Shown here: positions 61,738-64,000 of the stretch, in pieces
Numbering within the stretch: the first letter of the stretch is position 1
Layout of the letters: each line of letters starts with the position of its first letter
Assembly (NCBI GenBank): GCA_021613535.1
Contig: CP075493.1
Location: forward strand, 4,154,001 to 4,218,000
Source of the DNA: Adineta vaga
Lineage: Eukaryota; Animalia; Rotifera
Direction of reading: 5' to 3'
DNA: 64,000 nt
Made by a program: the position numbers and the translations under genes
The notes under the pieces: generated by a model
Seen by the model: only the letters and a program-made list of their open reading frames with translations
Databases searched by the model: none
Told to the model about the DNA's origin: nothing

Positions 61738-63272
61738 TTATTCCGTATCAACATCAAATCTTTGTACTCGATGATTATCACAATCGATGACATAAAGATT
61801 ACCTTGTCGATCAAATGCTAAACCATGAGGATAGGCAAATTGATTGGCTTGTTTTCCTTCACCATTACCACCAACAACAATGGTACCTTTCGTTGCACCT
61901 GGTGACCAAACAACAATTCGATGATTCCACGAATCAGCAACATAAGCGTTACCCAAATGATCTACAACGACACCTTGAGGATTTGATAATTGTGTTAAAC
62001 TACTTCCTTGACCTTGTCCACCAGCAACGACAATTCCTTCTTTTGCGCCTTGAGCCCATTTCATCACTCGATGATTATTCCAATCAGAAACATAGACTGA
62101 ATGTTCTTGATCCACAAAAATATATGTTGGATAATTCAATTGATCATTACGATCGCCTTTTCCATTTCCACCAGCAACAACTGTTCCGGTCGTATCGCCT
62201 GGTTTCCATCGTCTAACTTCATGTTTTTCATAATCTGAAATATAAAGATCACCATTCACATCCATGGTTAATTGTGAACAATCAATATTAGCAATAACTA
62301 TTTGTTGATTTGTTCGACTTCGACGAGACCATCGAACAACACGTTTATTACCCCAATCACAAATAATCAACGAATCATTCTTTCGATCAACAATTACATC
62401 CGTTGGACAATTTAATTGATCCATTCGATTTCCCCAACCATTTCCACCTGCAACAACTTGTCCATGATTAGCACCTAATTTCCATTTTACGATACGATGA
62501 CTTGATGAATCAGCTATATAAATCTTTCGATCATCATCATCAATAAAAATACCATCAGGATAGGAAAGTTGATTTGCCTGATTACCTTCTTTATTTCCTC
62601 CAGCAATTGTTGTTCCATGTTGTTTCCATTTTGTAGTGTTACTAAGAATTGTCGGTGTTGAAACAAATTTTCCTAGAAAAGATTTTGAATTCCTTCTTCT
62701 CGTTGTCTGACTTATGAAATCTAAATCTTATTATTTTTTTTACCGATTAACTTACCCGATGATAATAAAACAGAAATCTTATGAATTAATGGTGTTGCTT
62801 CTTGTTGAATGGCCATGCTTGATGGTATATTTAATTCATCGGATAATTGTTTTAACTTTTGATTGAATTGATTTAAATCAATTTCATTGAAATCATTTTC
62901 TTGTCGAATTTTTCTCAATTGATCAGATAATTTTGCTAAACTTGTTTCAATTTGTTGAATATTTTTTGTTGTATGTTGAATAATCAATTGTCGACAATCC
63001 GTTGCTGTTTGTTGAATTGTTTTTATGGATTCTTCTTCCCATTGTTCGATTTGTTTAATTAATATATGAATTTGTGGATGATTTGCTTGTTCATTAAGTG
63101 TTTGACGAAAACGATCACGATGAAGTTCAATATGATCTAATTGTTTATTTAATTCTTGTCGATGATCAGTTAAATGATCATAACAAAATAATTGTAAACA
63201 ACCTTCACATCGAACAGCTCGTTTTTCTTTATCACATGTTATACAACGACTTTTTATTGGGTCTGTTGCCAT
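61738..63272 (-). CDS. TRIM-like B-box/coiled-coil + NHL-repeat protein (2 exons)
   Basis: Exon 1 'C..C......RCEGC.Q.FCYDHL.DHRQ' plus coiled coil; intron ~62673-62755; exon 2 has about 5-6 NHL repeats with 'VVAGGNG.G....QL..P'. Confidence 0.9.
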
Positions 63273-64000
63273 CGATTTCTATGAAAAATTTCAAATAGTA
63301 GACGAAACAAACGACTTGGATATTAGTTTGTGAACATAAAATAACCAGACGAGTCAATGTCAACTAATATTAGGTATATGAAGTAAAGAACAGTTATGCA
63401 TTCATTGACTCAGCCGTGATTTCTGTTCAAGGGTGTTAACCTTGCATGAGAGGGTTTATATTCTCTTTCAGCTTTTTTTTCTCTCTTCTCTTGAATGAAC
63501 ATCAAAATCGACCGTTTTGCACATGGATGACGAGGGATATGGTACAAAAGGACAAGAATATTTCTTTTATTTCTATCACCAAACTGAGCAAGAGAAACAG
63601 AATGATGAAAAGTAAAAAAGGTTGTCGTTCGTGTTATCATGTAACAATCAGGAGTATATTGATGATCAAGGACGTCTTTTCTTATTGGAATAAATCTTGG
63701 AAATAGAAAAGAAAAGTTTTTTTTTAAAGTCTAGTTTGTAGAATTAACAAACAAACCAAGAATAACTTTATCTATTCGATTCTAAGTATAGCAGTCTTCT
63801 TTTACAGGTAAACAAAAAATGGATCACAGTTCTATTGTGTGATTCATTGCTAATGGTTGCCATTTTGCTTCAAAAGTTTTCTGTAAGACAAGTCCTTGAC
63901 CTTCGCTCTTTATCAGTTAGTATTTGATGCTTTAGTTACTTTTTCTTTTGCATATCCTTATGCAACAAATTTGCTTTGTAGTATTATTTATTATCGGTCA

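Noticed and set aside
395-63298. Numerous 60-155 aa ORFs overlapping real genes in other frames or strands
   Set aside because: They are shadow ORFs without motifs, explained by the overlapping coding exons.
63410-64000. Short ORFs at the right edge
   Set aside because: No domain similarity or coherent splice model can be supported.

Overview
AT-rich (roughly 30% GC by eye), gene-dense animal DNA with very short GT-AG introns (~45-80 nt). The gene mix points to a bdelloid rotifer, Adineta-like (inference): NHL-repeat, F-box/LRR-like and orphan GPCR families alongside apparently foreign genes. About 31 protein-coding loci are visible. Conserved metazoan genes include MOXD1/DBH-like, a nuclear receptor, ERICH3-like, PUM3, a sphingomyelin-synthase-like gene, PFDN5, a syntaxin and a STRA6-like gene. 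Lineage-expanded families include four F-box genes, four GPCR loci and three NHL proteins. Horizontal-transfer candidates are a SnoaL-like protein, a HET/TIR-like protein, a bacterial-type NCS2-like permease with 4 introns, a GH28 polygalacturonase, a fungal-type DUF1295 gene and a GNAT. Seven tRNA genes are present: five identical Leu(AAG) copies (four tandem plus one inverted), an initiator Met with an unusual G30-U40 pair, and Asp(GTC). The most notable items are a stand-alone HET/TIR-like gene beside an F-box/GRDP cluster, a symmetric NHL exon reused in different architectures, a membrane-less NHL-REJ-GPS polycystin-like gene, and 4-5 loci with frameshifts or stops. No transposon or CRISPR array could be supported. 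Gene models were spliced by eye and family calls come from remembered motifs, not database searches.
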